Shown here: in pieces, positions 22,149 to 35,200 of the stretch
Position numbering within the stretch: position 1 is the first letter of the stretch
Layout: each line of letters opens with the position of its first letter
Assembly (NCBI GenBank): GCA_907165135.1
Contig: OU015569.1
Span: forward strand, 8,866,001 to 8,930,000
Source: Oikopleura dioica
Lineage: Eukaryota; Animalia; Chordata
DNA length: 64,000 bases
Reading direction: 5' to 3'
The notes under the pieces: generated by a model
Database searches by the model: none
Seen by the model: the letters and a program-made list of their open reading frames with translations, nothing else
What the model was told of the DNA's origin: nothing
Made by a program: the position numbers and the translations under genes

Positions 22149-23632
22149 ATGAAATATCTATTATGTATACTATTCATATCTCCTGCTTGTGGACTTTCTA
22201 TAAACACTAGAATTTTCGGCGGAGAAAAAGTCGAAGATGAACCAGGAGAAAGAGGGAGATTTCATCATCTTGCTCTTCTTCGTTTCAGCAATAGCATTTG
22301 TTCTGGCGTCTTCATTGAAGAGGATTGGATTCTTACAGCGGCGCACTGTCAACCCATTTTGCAATCAACAACGATTTTTGCTGGCCCGACGACGAATTTT
22401 ACGTCGGCGTATGAATACCGCCCGATTAAAGTCATTCCACATCCCGACTTCAACGAGACTGATCTTAATAATGATATTTCACTTGTAAAAGTCGAGTCCG
22501 TAAATTTGTCTGAGTTGAGCAATGATTTCCCGCTTTCGCCTGTTTTTCCGAAGACTGGAGACTTGTTGAAACAGAGCTCTTGCTACGTGGCTGGCTACGG
22601 ACATACATCAGAGGAGCCCCATGTAATTGACGGGAGCCTGTATTTTGCAAACTTACCGCTCGTAGATGAAACAACCTGCAAAGAACATAACTCTCAAATA
22701 GAGAGCTTTTACGGTACCATCGAATATGAAAATCGTGTTTGCGCTGGTGAAATTGGAAAAACAGACTCTTGCACGGGCGATTCAGGAGGGCCACTCATTT
22801 GTTCGACTGACAACAACGAGGAATTCGTCGTTGGAGTCACTTCTTTTGGACCTATGCCTTGTGGAACTGGATACGGTGTCTACGCAAAAGTATCTCAATA
22901 TTCGAAATGGATAGATTCTGTGGTAAATATTGAAGAAGAATGCTGCCGAACACTTAAGATTTCTTCTAGATTTCCTGGTAAATAAGAAAATTACTTTACT
23001 CTTCATTTGACAATTTTTAAGAGCTAAATGGAGTTTATGAAGTCTCAGAAAACGGCGATATCTTCAATCAAACAGAAAGCGGTGCTTTTGTCCAAAGAGC
23101 AGAATACTTAGACCGTTCTTACTGGCTTTTCTTCAACACTGAAAATAGATCGACATCAACGACTAGGATACGAACAAATGACTCTTTCCAAAACGCGAAT
23201 AGCACATGTATTCTTAAAGAAGATGAGTATGTGAGTGAAAGCGGATCATTTGACTATCAAACTGGAGAAATCTCTGATACATGGACGGCAGACGACGGAT
23301 CTATCTCACTTACATGCTTAGAGAGCGATCCAACAACCACAGTTCAAGGTAACGTGAAAACAACAACTCAATCTGTTCCTCCAATTGCAACAGAAAAAAC
23401 TCGTCAAGAAAAAAATTCTACTCATGCAGTTGTTGAGTCAAGTACGAGCTCATCAAGAGTCTTGGAAACAACTACTAGGCCAGAAACGAACTCAGAATCA
23501 ACTTCAGAATCAACTACAGCGCAAACATTTGTGTCTACTACAGTTTTAAAATCCACGACATCAACAACGAAATCATCCGCATCCCCCTGTTTTTATTTTG
23601 CTTTCCTCATCGTTCTTTGCATTATTATTTGA
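22149..23632 (+). CDS. Trypsin-like (S1A) serine protease with an extra C-terminal domain, Ser/Thr stalk and probable GPI signal, 2 exons
   Basis: Signal peptide, activation site R-IFGG, TAAHC, NDISL, DSCTGDSGGP. The intron after ...SRFP joins in phase to ELNGVYEVSENG... The tail SSASPCFYFAFLIVLCIII* is hydrophobic. Confidence 0.9.
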
Positions 23633-24599
23633 TCAAACTGCAATTAAACTATTTATTTTGAGAAAGTACATTTTTAAAAAGAGTTTTTCAGACAGTTAGC
23701 CAGGAAAGAGATTCATAGATCTCGTCATTATACTATTTTAAAAATAGATCGCTGTCATCATAAGACCGAGTTAAACTGACAATTTAAGTCTCTTCGTCGA
23801 CTTTTATTTCACCAATTGACTGGAGAACGTCACAATGGATTTTATGCTCTCAAATTACTGTAATGATTATTTGATTAGACGTCGGAAATTTCGAACGTCT
23901 ATTTCATCAACACTCGGCGAAAGTCATGGGAGTGGCGCATCGTCTTTCTAACTCTATCGACCGCGATTCACGCAGGAAGAAATCAACGAAGAGAATCCAC
24001 TAAGTGTTCAAAGATTACAGCATTTTGAAGTTTTGAAAATGAAAAGCGTGAAGGTTTAAGTGTGTCTTATCAAAATATTCACACGCGGTGTAAGAGGTGA
24101 TGCTAGGCGTTTACAATGTTACCCAGATTCAAAGGGCATCACCTTTAGGATCGAAATGGCATTTGGTGCGCATGACCTGTTTTATCTGAATTTCTATTGT
24201 TGGTCGTTTAGGCAATTGGTGGGTTTTCTGATTTTACACGGCCGCTTGAAAACATAATTTCCTCACGTTAAGAAGTCAAGAAATTAGGTGTCATTTGAGG
24301 TTAGAATTTGATAAAGGAATTCTTCACGGTTAAATGAAATGATTCGAGACAAGAGAGAGGAACTCCACTATCGGTTATGGACTGGAGTAACTGTATTGTG
24401 GCAGGCATCGGTTTGATAGCGTATGTGAGAGGTGAAATCGTTGCTTTAGCTCAAGTGAGGGCTTTCAGAAAACGTTGAACAGCTTGGGCAGTTGTCATTT
24501 CTGCCGCGTGTTTCGCTCGTACAGCTTATCAAGCGTTTCTAATAAAAATCTTGTTTTTCTTTCAGAAAGCCTCAAAAATATCACCACTCATGCTTGAGC

Positions 24600-25270
24600 T
24601 CCTCAATTCAAAAGTTCGTTTTTCATTTTGAAAATTAAATTTAAATTTTGCCAAAGAAGAATTATAAGTGACGACTCACCATCTAGTCCAACGATAACTT
24701 CTTCCTCATCAGAGAGTTCTTCTACAAGGTCACAGACAACTTCGCCAGTCTCCAAGGAGTCTTCTACTAAGAGTTTACACCCAGCCACTTGAACATGACT
24801 TTGGGGAATCGATCCGCGAGCTCGGAATTTTCGCCCAATTGTTGCTACAAGCGTGAAATTTGCGGAATTTTAAGAAAATAGACGTCTAAGTGGCGCATCC
24901 ATGGAATCACTTCCGCAATGTCTAAATTCAGAGAAGAGATTTATGCTAATTAATTTTTAAGCGATAGAAGGTCTTTCATCAAGAGAACGTGGTTTAACCG
25001 CTGAAAGCTGTTTGATGGGAACTCTTTCCTGACGTTTTGGGGGCTTGCCAGTTTGGTTTCGGAGCGATTATAGAGTAGGAATCTCGCTAAAATGAATATG
25101 GTTAAAATGCAGTTGGACTCCAGGTTCATTCGGAAAGCCGAGATTAAACTCGCTATAAAAGCCAAATCTACCGCTGACAATGAGCACGCGTTCGAAATGT
25201 GAGCTCTGAGTGGAAATTTAGCAGCTTCAGCTGCAAGATTGCGCTGATTTAGCGAGCGTCTATTACCCAT
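24600..25270 (-). CDS. Possible multi-exon gene of unknown product
   Basis: Exon-like segment IGRKFRARGSIPQSHVQVAGCKLLVEDSLETGEVVCDLVEELSDEEEVIVGLD ends at a GTGAG donor. ATG at 25270. Confidence 0.3.
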
Positions 25271-26232
25271 TATTACAGTCTTATTGACAATGCCGTTTTC
25301 GAGACGCCTCGTCTGATCAACTCAATTTGAACCTGTTTTAACATTCCAGCGGCCACTACAGAGTCGGCTTGGATTGGAGTAGCGAACTGCTTTTTGTCAC
25401 GCTGCTTATAAGCTTCTTCGTACAAACTGCTGTTTCTTTTCGTAATCTGAAACTATCTGTTAGGGCTTTTTCAACGTGAGCATGATAAATTATGATATCG
25501 TTTTTGCTTTGAAATGTGATTATTTTGCGCATCGCCAATTATGTATATTCTAGTGTTGCACTTATTATGAGTTTATAAGGTTCTTGAATTAGAAAGTCGG
25601 AGATCAAAAAGGAAATCGTCTAATGTTAAGGCTCTCTTGATAGGGAAGACCTTTTGCCGCGTGAGATGAGCTCCTTTCTAAAAAGGCCATCTGATTTGTG
25701 CCACTGGTCTAAACTTTGAGCGGATCCCGTTTTTAGCGGAACGTCCCTGCAAGTGTTTTTCCATAAGTATAGGCGTGCTCAACGAGAAGTGAATAACAGT
25801 ATCCCCCGCCTGCGGAATAGCTTCACTTGCGCATTTCAAGAATTCTAACTCTCAAGACGCCTCCTCTAAAACACAGCCTTTTTGACATCTAATGATTGTC
25901 GCCTAAAATATTTATATCACAATTGAGACATAAAAGTACGTGTGCTCCACTATTTGTGCAGACAACAATACCTAGGAAGTACTAATACATGAAGTTTTCC
26001 GTTAGAAAACTGCCTGGAACATGCTTTTAATTGGCCACAAATTAAAAGTTACCTCGTTGAATTTATTTGCAAACTTCGGCGAGGAGCCTTCGCCTTTTCG
26101 TTTTTGAATCGTCTCGTCAAAGTTTTTAATCTTTTGTTAATTGTTTTTTTTTTATTAAGTTAAACCTGTTCCTGACTGTATTTACGGTAGTCGATTTCCC
26201 AATCAGGTGGCTGAAAAGATAAAGAACTGTGT

Positions 26233-27830
26233 TTAAAAGTTTGGAATCACCATCTCGCTAAGGACAGGAACTTCGTTTTGCCACGTTTTGTTGAGATCGC
26301 TGTTGATATGTTCCAAAGCGAAAACAAGCTTCTTCGGGATTTGGCGCTCTATCAAAAAGTTATCGGTACTCGGAATAGACTTAGTCAACTTACCTAGGGT
26401 CTTTTTCCTGAATTGCTTATCGTGTGGCTTTTACGGCTTCATTATAATAGTTACTTTGATCGACTATATCATTAAAACCGAGTCCTTTCCAAGATAGTGA
26501 TCTCTTGCCTGTCCTCGCGACGTAAACTCGCAGTTACATGTGGGACAATACTCGTATATTTTGCGTGCATGCAGTTCATCAACTATTGACTTTTGCATCG
26601 CGGTCTTTTTTTGGGCACATAACTTGCTTCCCTTGGAGCCTAAAGATTTCTTTACTCACTTTTGCATGAAAAATGCTCTACCTGGCGGTGGAAGTTGCCA
26701 TAAAGCACTTCCAGCGTCCACTAACTGCTGGATTTCACTTCTCAGATGGCCGGTGTTCTTGAAGTGTTCCACATTTTTGAGGTGTTTCTTTCCTTATTGA
26801 TTGTTTTTTCATTAATAAGCTATTCTAGCTGATCTCCAGCTAACTAAGGGCCAAAGCAAGAAGCCAAACACGTTATGCAGCTTGAGTGCGGTCACATAGT
26901 AGTTACTTCAAAAACATTAGAAAAAACCATTTTCCCATGGAGTGACTGCCGAATTGGTTCATATTTGGAGTCGGGATGTTGCAAAATCTGCAGACTCGTC
27001 TTGTATCGTCCCACTTGAAGTTGCCATTTGGAAGAATTGGCAGGTGATTTTTCTTAAAAATGTGTCACGCATTTTGGCGAGAATTTTTTTTTATTTCCGA
27101 AACAATAAGAAGTCTATTCCAAAGTTTTTTTGTCGCTGTTTCCGGTCTGTTAAATTCCTCGGAGATAGACTCACGTTCCGTGGTTAACAGAATGCGGCTG
27201 TTCTAGTGATGATGAACTGCGGATATTTGAAATAAGCAAATAGACACTTGATGATAACAGTAGCCACTCTCTTTGGAGCGGTTATCTACAGTGCCGAACG
27301 TACTTGCGTGATCAGGATTTGGCGATTCGGATCGGTTGTGCTCACCGTTTGTGGTGACGCCGGAGGTGGATAAGCAGCCACTTGAGGAGAGAAGTCGCCA
27401 CCTGCTTAGGTAAAGTTCAAAAATACATTTTAACAACGTGGTGCTCGGAATCGCCGAGACTCCTCGACTTCTAATAAACGATGAATATAATATCCGCGAG
27501 CACCTTACATTCTTGCTCAAGAAATTTACCTCTTGTCCCCGATGGCCTTGGCCGGGGAGGATTATTCAAACTCATTGGCTTTGGCATATTTTTCAGCGCA
27601 GGCTGGTTTCCTTTTGATTCACCTGAATCTGAACCTTAAAATCGTGTACGGCCACCTGTTACAGCCGAGCGAAGACGGTTTAGAAGGACGGAGCGGTAAA
27701 ACACAAACATCACGAACAGTACCTGGCGGCTGAGAAATCGGACTACAAGGTAAAAACGTGCTCGAAGATGGCGCAGGCGTCTTTGACAGATTAGCTTGTC
27801 TCGGTGCAGATGGGTCGCTGTCTCCTAAAA
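26233..27830 (-). CDS. Matrin/U1-type C2H2 zinc-finger protein (ZNF385/ZMAT-like), multi-exon; both ends uncertain
   Basis: After splicing, two fingers appear: CRFCNIPTPNMNQFGSHSMGKKH and CPTCNCEFTSRGQARDHYLGKPH. The HxxGKKH spacing is typical of matrin-type fingers. Pro/Ser-rich upstream exons. Confidence 0.7.
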
Positions 27831-29099
27831 AAACCGACATAGCCAGCTAGGATGCTGATCAAAGGTTATTGGTCAAGTGCGAGATTTCTTGGACCGCTCA
27901 AGTCAGATTTCTAAATTGAAAAAATATCTAGGAAATTCCAAACACTGTCCAGTAAAGAATTTTGCGGCTTCATAATCAGAAACTTTGAGGAATCGAGCTA
28001 GATGCAGTCATCCCTCGCTCGAAATTCAGCTTTACTTTCCTCAACCATCCTGGTCCTTGATGCATTCTGCGGTCAGTGTTTCTCTCGGAGAATAACTGCA
28101 GTTCTGTCTGCTAGAAACCGTCGACTCCAACTTACTTGTGGCCTTCTTTTCTGGGGCTGCTTTTGGTCTGAAGGTTTTCAAAAAGGACATTAGCTCGTGA
28201 TGACGGACTCCCGGAAAAGAATTAGCGCCTCTTTTTGAAGTTCCCTTGATTGAAAATTTTAATGAAATAGCATACAAAATCATCATAGCATTTGCTTACA
28301 CTTTACGCGTGAATCTTTGGGTGATGAAAAATAAAAAAACTGCGTTGCCGAACTTATTCCTTTGAATAACTGAGCGAATATAGCCTGTATGGAGACACAT
28401 TTTCTTCGCCATGATTTTAGTATGTACGGAGTCAAATGCTGCTTTATTGTCGAATTCTTAATCGAAAATTAAAAATATCGAGTTCGGCATATTCGAGATA
28501 TTTGTCTAATCCGGCTCTGTTATGGATTAGAAAGCAAACCCTTGCATTACCTAGCGTCGCTTCGAGATCCTCAGGGTTCATATTACGGTCTTGAAAAGGT
28601 GTTCTCAGAAATTTAATTCATAGCAGAAAAATGCATTCCTACTGAAACACCATCCTATGCTGAATCTTATCGCACTTGCCTGCTGGAAGCACTCAATCAA
28701 TTGCTTTACTGTACAATCCCTTGTAATGCCTTAATTGTGATGGTTACTTATCGACTGTAATACAGTATTCATTTTCACCTGCTACTAATAAATATGCGCC
28801 AGGCGGACTTGGCGTGCTAATAGATGATAAACTCTCCGTCGACATTCTGAAAGAATCAGAATCAGACAAGGAACATCGAAGTATGAGTGTATTTGCAAAG
28901 TATCAGGAAATGGGATAAAAGCGAAGCAGAATTTATTAACAGAAACTGGGTATCTTTCTAACTTAGAACAAAATATTATTTACTTAAAAGAAGTTTGAGG
29001 ACTAAATTGTGATTAGCCACGAATTGAATTCACTGAAGAACTGGTATTTTTACAGGACGAGGACATGATGATTTTCGCAAGAATAGATGCTCTCACTGA

Positions 29100-29720
29100 C
29101 TAGCCACGAGCGAAATTAAAGTTACTGTTGACGGCGTACCAACCAGCTGTATCACAGTATTCGTCATAGCTGGAGTGATACTTGACTCTGGTATACTCCG
29201 AGAGTTGTTTGAGGGTGTTGCATACGATTTGCTTTTGAGGATACTCGAGAGCGAGGCCGCTCAGCTGGGAATCGAACTTTTCGGCTGTTAGACGCGAAGA
29301 GAGCACTGGGTCCTCACAAGTGCAATCGGTGTTGCTGTCGGCAATGCAGCGATCATTTCCATTTTTAAAGCAGTTCCATGGGCTCCAGCCGCCTTCTTCT
29401 TGTTCCTTCGCGGCGAAGACGCGGAGAGGGGAGAAGTGGTGGCAAGGCGAGGTTTTTGACGTTTTATCACATTTGTCGCCCCAGAATTTTGTGCAAAGCA
29501 GCTTCGTCGATCTAGCAACGTTTCCTTGCGGATTCCAAAGTGCAGTTAAGCAAGCGTTGCATCGCTTGGGAGTCGGACACACGCCTCGATAGCAGCAGAG
29601 CTTGCCAACGGCCAGCCCAATGAGTACTAGAATCGCAATGTTAGTCAGGTGGACTCTATCATGACTGTTTTGTCTGAATCTGCGTTGATTCTTGCGATTG
29701 ACCAGTGATAATGGAAAGAC
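29100..29720 (-). CDS. Cys-rich orphan protein exon with a hydrophobic segment near its N-terminus; start not located
   Basis: The frame is open from the acceptor at 29721 to the stop at 29100. It encodes IAILVLIGLAVG followed by about 15 Cys (CC, CxxC, CxC patterns). Confidence 0.55.
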   Translation of the reverse strand, partial: VFPLSLVNRKNQRRFRQNSHDRVHLTNIAILVLIGLAVGKLCCYRGVCPTPKRCNACLTALWNPQGNVARSTKLLCTKFWGDKCDKTSKTSPCHHFSPLRVFAAKEQEEGGWSPWNCFKNGNDRCIADSNTDCTCEDPVLSSRLTAEKFDSQLSGLALEYPQKQIVCNTLKQLSEYTRVKYHSSYDEYCDTAGWYAVNSNFNFARG

Positions 29721-32700
29721 CTAAACGAGCCGTCTTAACGTTAGACGAAAAGAGCATGCCAGATATCACTCATTAGCGACATCATGATGATAAGTTTATC
29801 AAACTAATGGCGTTCAATTAGGCCAAGCATATTACTTGAGGCCGCGATAGGCCACATTCCTTCGATAATGAGAAGACTTTAATTTCTCAGAAAGTTTCTA
29901 TCACTTGTTTTTATTAATTCCGCGACAAAAGTTGCAAGATTTGTAAGCAATCTTCGAAAGAAACCCATCTCACCAGAAAAAATGCTTGGCATTTTCAAGT
30001 AAACAAAATCTAGGCTAGACCCAGTCAAATGAGCTGGAATGGTGTTTTTGAATCGATTATCGAAGCCAGGAGTAGTCACTTTAGCCAACACATAAAGGTC
30101 AGCCTGGTAGCATTCCAACTACCGGAGCCAAGAAAACGTTCCCGATCCAAATTCTGACGAACGAGCTTTTTTAAGGCTATCGTGAATGAGTTTGAAGATC
30201 AATACTTAATTCGGAACAAGAATTTTAGCCCTGATGGATTTAGAAGTGAGGCAATTGTGGTCGCTGACCACGGAATACCCTCAAGAATGCGCGAAATATG
30301 CTTCATTCTTATTTTCCGCAGGTATTAGATTACATCGCTTAGGAAAAATAGGAAGAACATACATTATCTAAAAAAGGAGATCTGGGCAAAATGAGATGAC
30401 CACTACTAGTAGAACCGAAGCCTATTAATGGATCCAGTTCTATATGCTTAGTTGAACTCTTGTGGTACTTTTGTCGCTTATCTAGCGACATGTTAAGGCG
30501 ATTAATTCGTGGCAACGCAAAACCACAAAATTCCTTAAATCATAAAAACCGCCAGTGACTTACGGATTATTGAGCTCGAGGCACGCATTGGGTTTATTTT
30601 TCTGTATCGCTAGGAGAAGCGCGTGAAGGTTACAATCGGAAGCTGGTGTGTGTGGAATTTTCAAAGCCGATGATTTGCCTCTAAGAGAGGGAATGGGGTC
30701 CCTTATAAACAGCAGTGACTGCGATAATTGGACGAAACCGAAGAAACTCGTAGAGGTTTCTCGAGGGCGCCCACCAGAGGGGGACGTGTTCCAAATCATA
30801 GTTAAACACTTGATCATTGGACTTAAACCACATACTTTTCGGCAAACAAAAACATTCCAATCAACATTTTAATTGATAGTTGACTAACGTGCGTCAATGA
30901 AGACCAGCTGTAATATATAATCGAGTCAATCAAAGCTTGTCCTCCTCTAAGAACGCATTTAACCCTCAGAATTCTGATCAAAGTTTTCCCCCTCAAAATT
31001 TGTTTTATGACAAGGACAATCGCGAAAATGTAAAATTCATAATTATGACGGCAGTTGCGAGTAGAAGTTAGCTGTTTCTTATTCTCTAAAGAGATATAAA
31101 CTTGTCACTTTCTGTCTGGACGGGAGGCGGAAGGAAGTCAAATGTGGAAAGTCAAATTAGCGGTGGCCAAAGCATGGTGGGCTTTAGTGGCTTTCGTAAG
31201 TCATTCAAAAAAGTCATTTTCTGATCTATAAAATTGATCTACCAAAACAAATCTAAATCGAACTCAGAGAACACAAATTATTACCTTTTCATAAATTCGT
31301 GTAATTATAAATCAAACTATGTTAAACTGGGGAATACTATTTCTGGCGGACTCCTTCCTCATAGACATAATTTGTCTGAATTTTCATCAATTCTATTTAA
31401 TACTTTGAATAACTTCTAAAGACTGCGGAGCGTCTACCGCAGATAGACTGCTAGATCGTCGGAATAGAAATATTTTTAAACGGATTTGGTCATCGCTCAC
31501 GGAAAAAACGTCAGCAGAAATGATCTTGTCAGAGCTGTCACGAGTATGGGCTATACGTCTGTCAGGGGATTAGAAAAGTACTGCGAGTGGCGTTCCCGAA
31601 CCTTCAAGGGCGTCATGTCCCTCTCCGAGGGTTCAAGGAGTTCGAGCGTGACACAGCGCTCTTTGGATTTCGATGAACTTGTTGCTTTGCAAGGAGATGG
31701 CTTTGACGACTAGTTTTATTCGGAATAGAGTCTCTTCGGGATATAGCGATATTTCCAGAATTAGAGGTCGCTCATATTTGAGATACTTATTGATAAACTT
31801 GATTGGCCTCTTAGCCATCGAGAAGACATTGCTGCTTGGGTTAAGAGGCACAAGAGTCTCAAGAGGCTCAATCCAGCTGCTGTTAATAAATCGCTCTCGT
31901 CTGGAATGGCGAGAGTTAAAGAAAGTGAGGAATTTCGAGTTGCCCGAGTCAACACTAAACGCCCTTCACTTTTTCGGTATTCCATAAATTTAGGATAACT
32001 TTGTGGACAATCCTTGTTCATAATTATAGACACCAACTTCGATAACAATTACAAAAACTATGGCACTTAATTTTTTAATCAAATGAGAACTTAATTTCAA
32101 GAAAGTCATTGATAATGAAATGTGTGCTCATGTGATGTGATTATCTCGAAAACAATATTAACTTGGAGTGGTAAGGGCCGACGTCAATTTTCGGATATCC
32201 AAGTTGATCCGAGGTCCAGTCCACTCCCAATCACCACTCATTGAATTACACTACAGGAGAAATTTTATACCATCTTGTTAGATAAGCGTCCCCAGAAATA
32301 CTCTTTTTAATATCTAGGGTTCAACTGATCCACCGCGTAACATTATCGCCAAAATGACCGTGACCTGGACATGTGTTATGGAAATGCGTAAACGTGGATC
32401 AATCTTTTTCTGAGTCCGTTTTCGCGAATCCCGCTGGCTCCTTCAATGTTATCTCCAATGCGGCGATAACTGAGCTAGTCCGTAAATGTTCGACTGTTAC
32501 TCGTTTCTCGCAACTTTACGCGCCTTGTACTCGAGTCAGTGAAACCATGTCATTTTTTGATAGTAACGTGTGGAGTTTATTTCGATCGAATCTTGCCATT
32601 CGTCGTTGAACACGAATGTTTTGCCGCCGATCATACCACAGCGAACATCTCTAACACCGTTTTACAGGAATGATGTTTACTATATTCTAGCTCTCGGGCG

Positions 32701-35096
32701 GTTTGTTGCAAGGTGGAACAGAAAAAGTTCACTTCCATCAGCATATTCGAAAAGATATTTGCTAAAAGGACCAGCCTAAGTCAGCAACTGACGAACTTTG
32801 TAGAAGCGGAGTGCAGTTAACGAACTTCACGCGCAACAGCTTGCTGAGCTCACGCTGCAGCACGTTGTCCGTCGAACACGTCACTTAGTTTGGGTATTCG
32901 TTCATTCCTCAACGAGAATTTTCGACCGGGCTCTCCCTTTTTACATGTATTCTTACTCCCGTAAGTAACTGTAAAGATTCGGGTCTTCTAAAAGAGTCTG
33001 TTATCCACTTCTTGAATTCTCTGTTATTAAAGCATCTGTTTCGGAAAGAATAAACCGAATCGAACTCTCAAATGTAAACACGAGGCTGGACCAGGCAACT
33101 ACTACTTGAAAGGGTTGAATTATCTTTAAATTTTAAGTTTCAGCCTTCTTTAAAAATAAACCTGTACTTATCTACCCACTTGGCATAAACACTCGCGCGG
33201 TGTATAAATTACAGTGGTCGATCTAGACAGAAATTTGGGAATTGCAGATACCCTTTCAGCTCTCAATAAAACAAGTTTAGTTGCAGTAAATCATCAAGTT
33301 CAAAAGTAGAGGTCAAATCGTGGTCAATAAGTGATCGACAGCTACTATATAAGTTACAATGAAAAATACTGAGTATCTACTAAAGATCGCGTCTTTCAGC
33401 GAGAAAGTAATCACGTCTTTGCTTGCTCACATTTCAATAAATGTGATGTCGAAGTTGACGTTGTGGCGTCAAAAGAAACGGCACGTTCTGTTAGTAGTGG
33501 AAGCGCAGAAGATTAGATACTCCTCGTATTTGAAAGTTCACTCGGTAGAGTCCACTAATCAGCGAACATAGGCAGATAGCACGTCGGATTTGGGCCATTC
33601 AAAAGAACCCCGAAACGACACTCTTTAGAAAAGATAGCGACTATTCCAAGAGTTAATCTGATCGTGGGGCTCACTACAGTGCTTTAATAATACTACAAAT
33701 TGGCTCGAGCCGAGTTGAACTTTGAACGGCGGCAAATTGAGTTTTATCAAGAATTTCAGCATATCGCAATAACAAAGTTATGCTGATTAACGTTTATAAC
33801 GAGATCTGAGAGAGTTAAAGGCTTGATTCGATTATTCAAAACCCAATTTGAAATACACTGAGCACGTTGAACTGCGCTTGTCTCAAGTTCGGTACTATTT
33901 AGGTGACCTTTAGCGACTGGATTGGCGCGCTTTTTACGTGGTGCTGCTGGAAAGCCGCGTGCTAGAATGGAGAACAACTCTCAGCAGCGAAGTTCATTCG
34001 CGTGTGGAATATTTATTGCTAATTATTGTGCCATGAAACAAGATCTATTGGCTCGTCTTAGTCAAAAACACTTCCCTGGACTAAAATATAAGGCAGCGAT
34101 TAGAAACTATGTAAGTGATATCCTCTTGCTAGCTATAGAAAATACTGTGGAAAACTTGTGGAAAACCAAACTTTCTTCAATAAAAATTGAGTGTCTCATG
34201 CCAGAAACCTTGATGCAAAAATCCGAGTATCTTATCGAATAAAAACATTGGACGGAAGATATTTTTGGACAGAACTGACACTTACTGTCAACAACTGGTC
34301 CGATTTCGGTCTGAAGTTGCGTACCTGAGACTTTTCAGAAATCGAGCTTGCAGATTTTTTCCATCTGCAGCAAAAAGTTGTCGAACAAACTTTCGTTAAC
34401 ATAGTGATAAGGAGCGTAGCTTGTATGAATCTTTTGACTTCTGGTTTATTTTGGCTTGAGTCCGGGAACTCATTCCGTAGCGAGTTATCTCATTTTCTCC
34501 GCCCAAATGGCAGTTTGTTCCTTTCATAAATGAACCTTCAAATGCTCAAATTAATTATACCTTCAATAAGACTAATTGTTTTGTAGAAAATTATGGCATG
34601 TTAAAACGATGTTATATTCCAGCCGGGAATTTTGATAACAAGAACCCTCCGAGTAAGAACAAGATACAATGGTACAATAAATATCAACCTTGATTGATTA
34701 GAAGGTAACCGGCTTGTTGTGTTAGAGCACTGCAATATAGAGTTCTGGAGATTGATGGGTTTTATGTCAGCGGACGATTTACACAACAAATTGTAACGGA
34801 ATTACGCCTTGGCCGTTCTGAATTAATCCACACCGATGTTGATATAAATATGTGAAAGGTGTGCCATTTAAAGTCTTAAGCTTCAGAACCCAGAACCGTT
34901 TCATTGATTGCCTTACCTAAAACTTCATAACATACTTAAAGGCAATTAAAATCAGCTCGAGAAACCTCGAGAATTAATATTTTATGTTACATATTATCTG
35001 TAACAGTTGATCACAAATAAAGAAAAAACTTCTAACATATATGATATATATAAGATATATTATATATGATATATCCTTCTGGTTGACTTCGTTCAC

Positions 35097-35200
35097 AGAT
35101 AATATGATTTTGTATCAAACCTTTACGTTTATTGAGATAAAATATCCTGATGAAGTTTATCTCAATAAATGAAAACGTTTGATACAAAATCATATGATCT
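35097..35200. repeat. About 100-bp palindrome (mini-MITE or hairpin) next to an AT low-complexity tract
   Basis: ATATGATTTTGTATCAAAC..TTTATTGAGATAAA / TTTATCTCAATAAA..GTTTGATACAAAATCATAT with a 14-nt loop. Confidence 0.75.

Noticed and set aside
31400-33200. Exon-like open segments on both strands
   Set aside because: No phase-consistent gene model or recognisable motif could be built.
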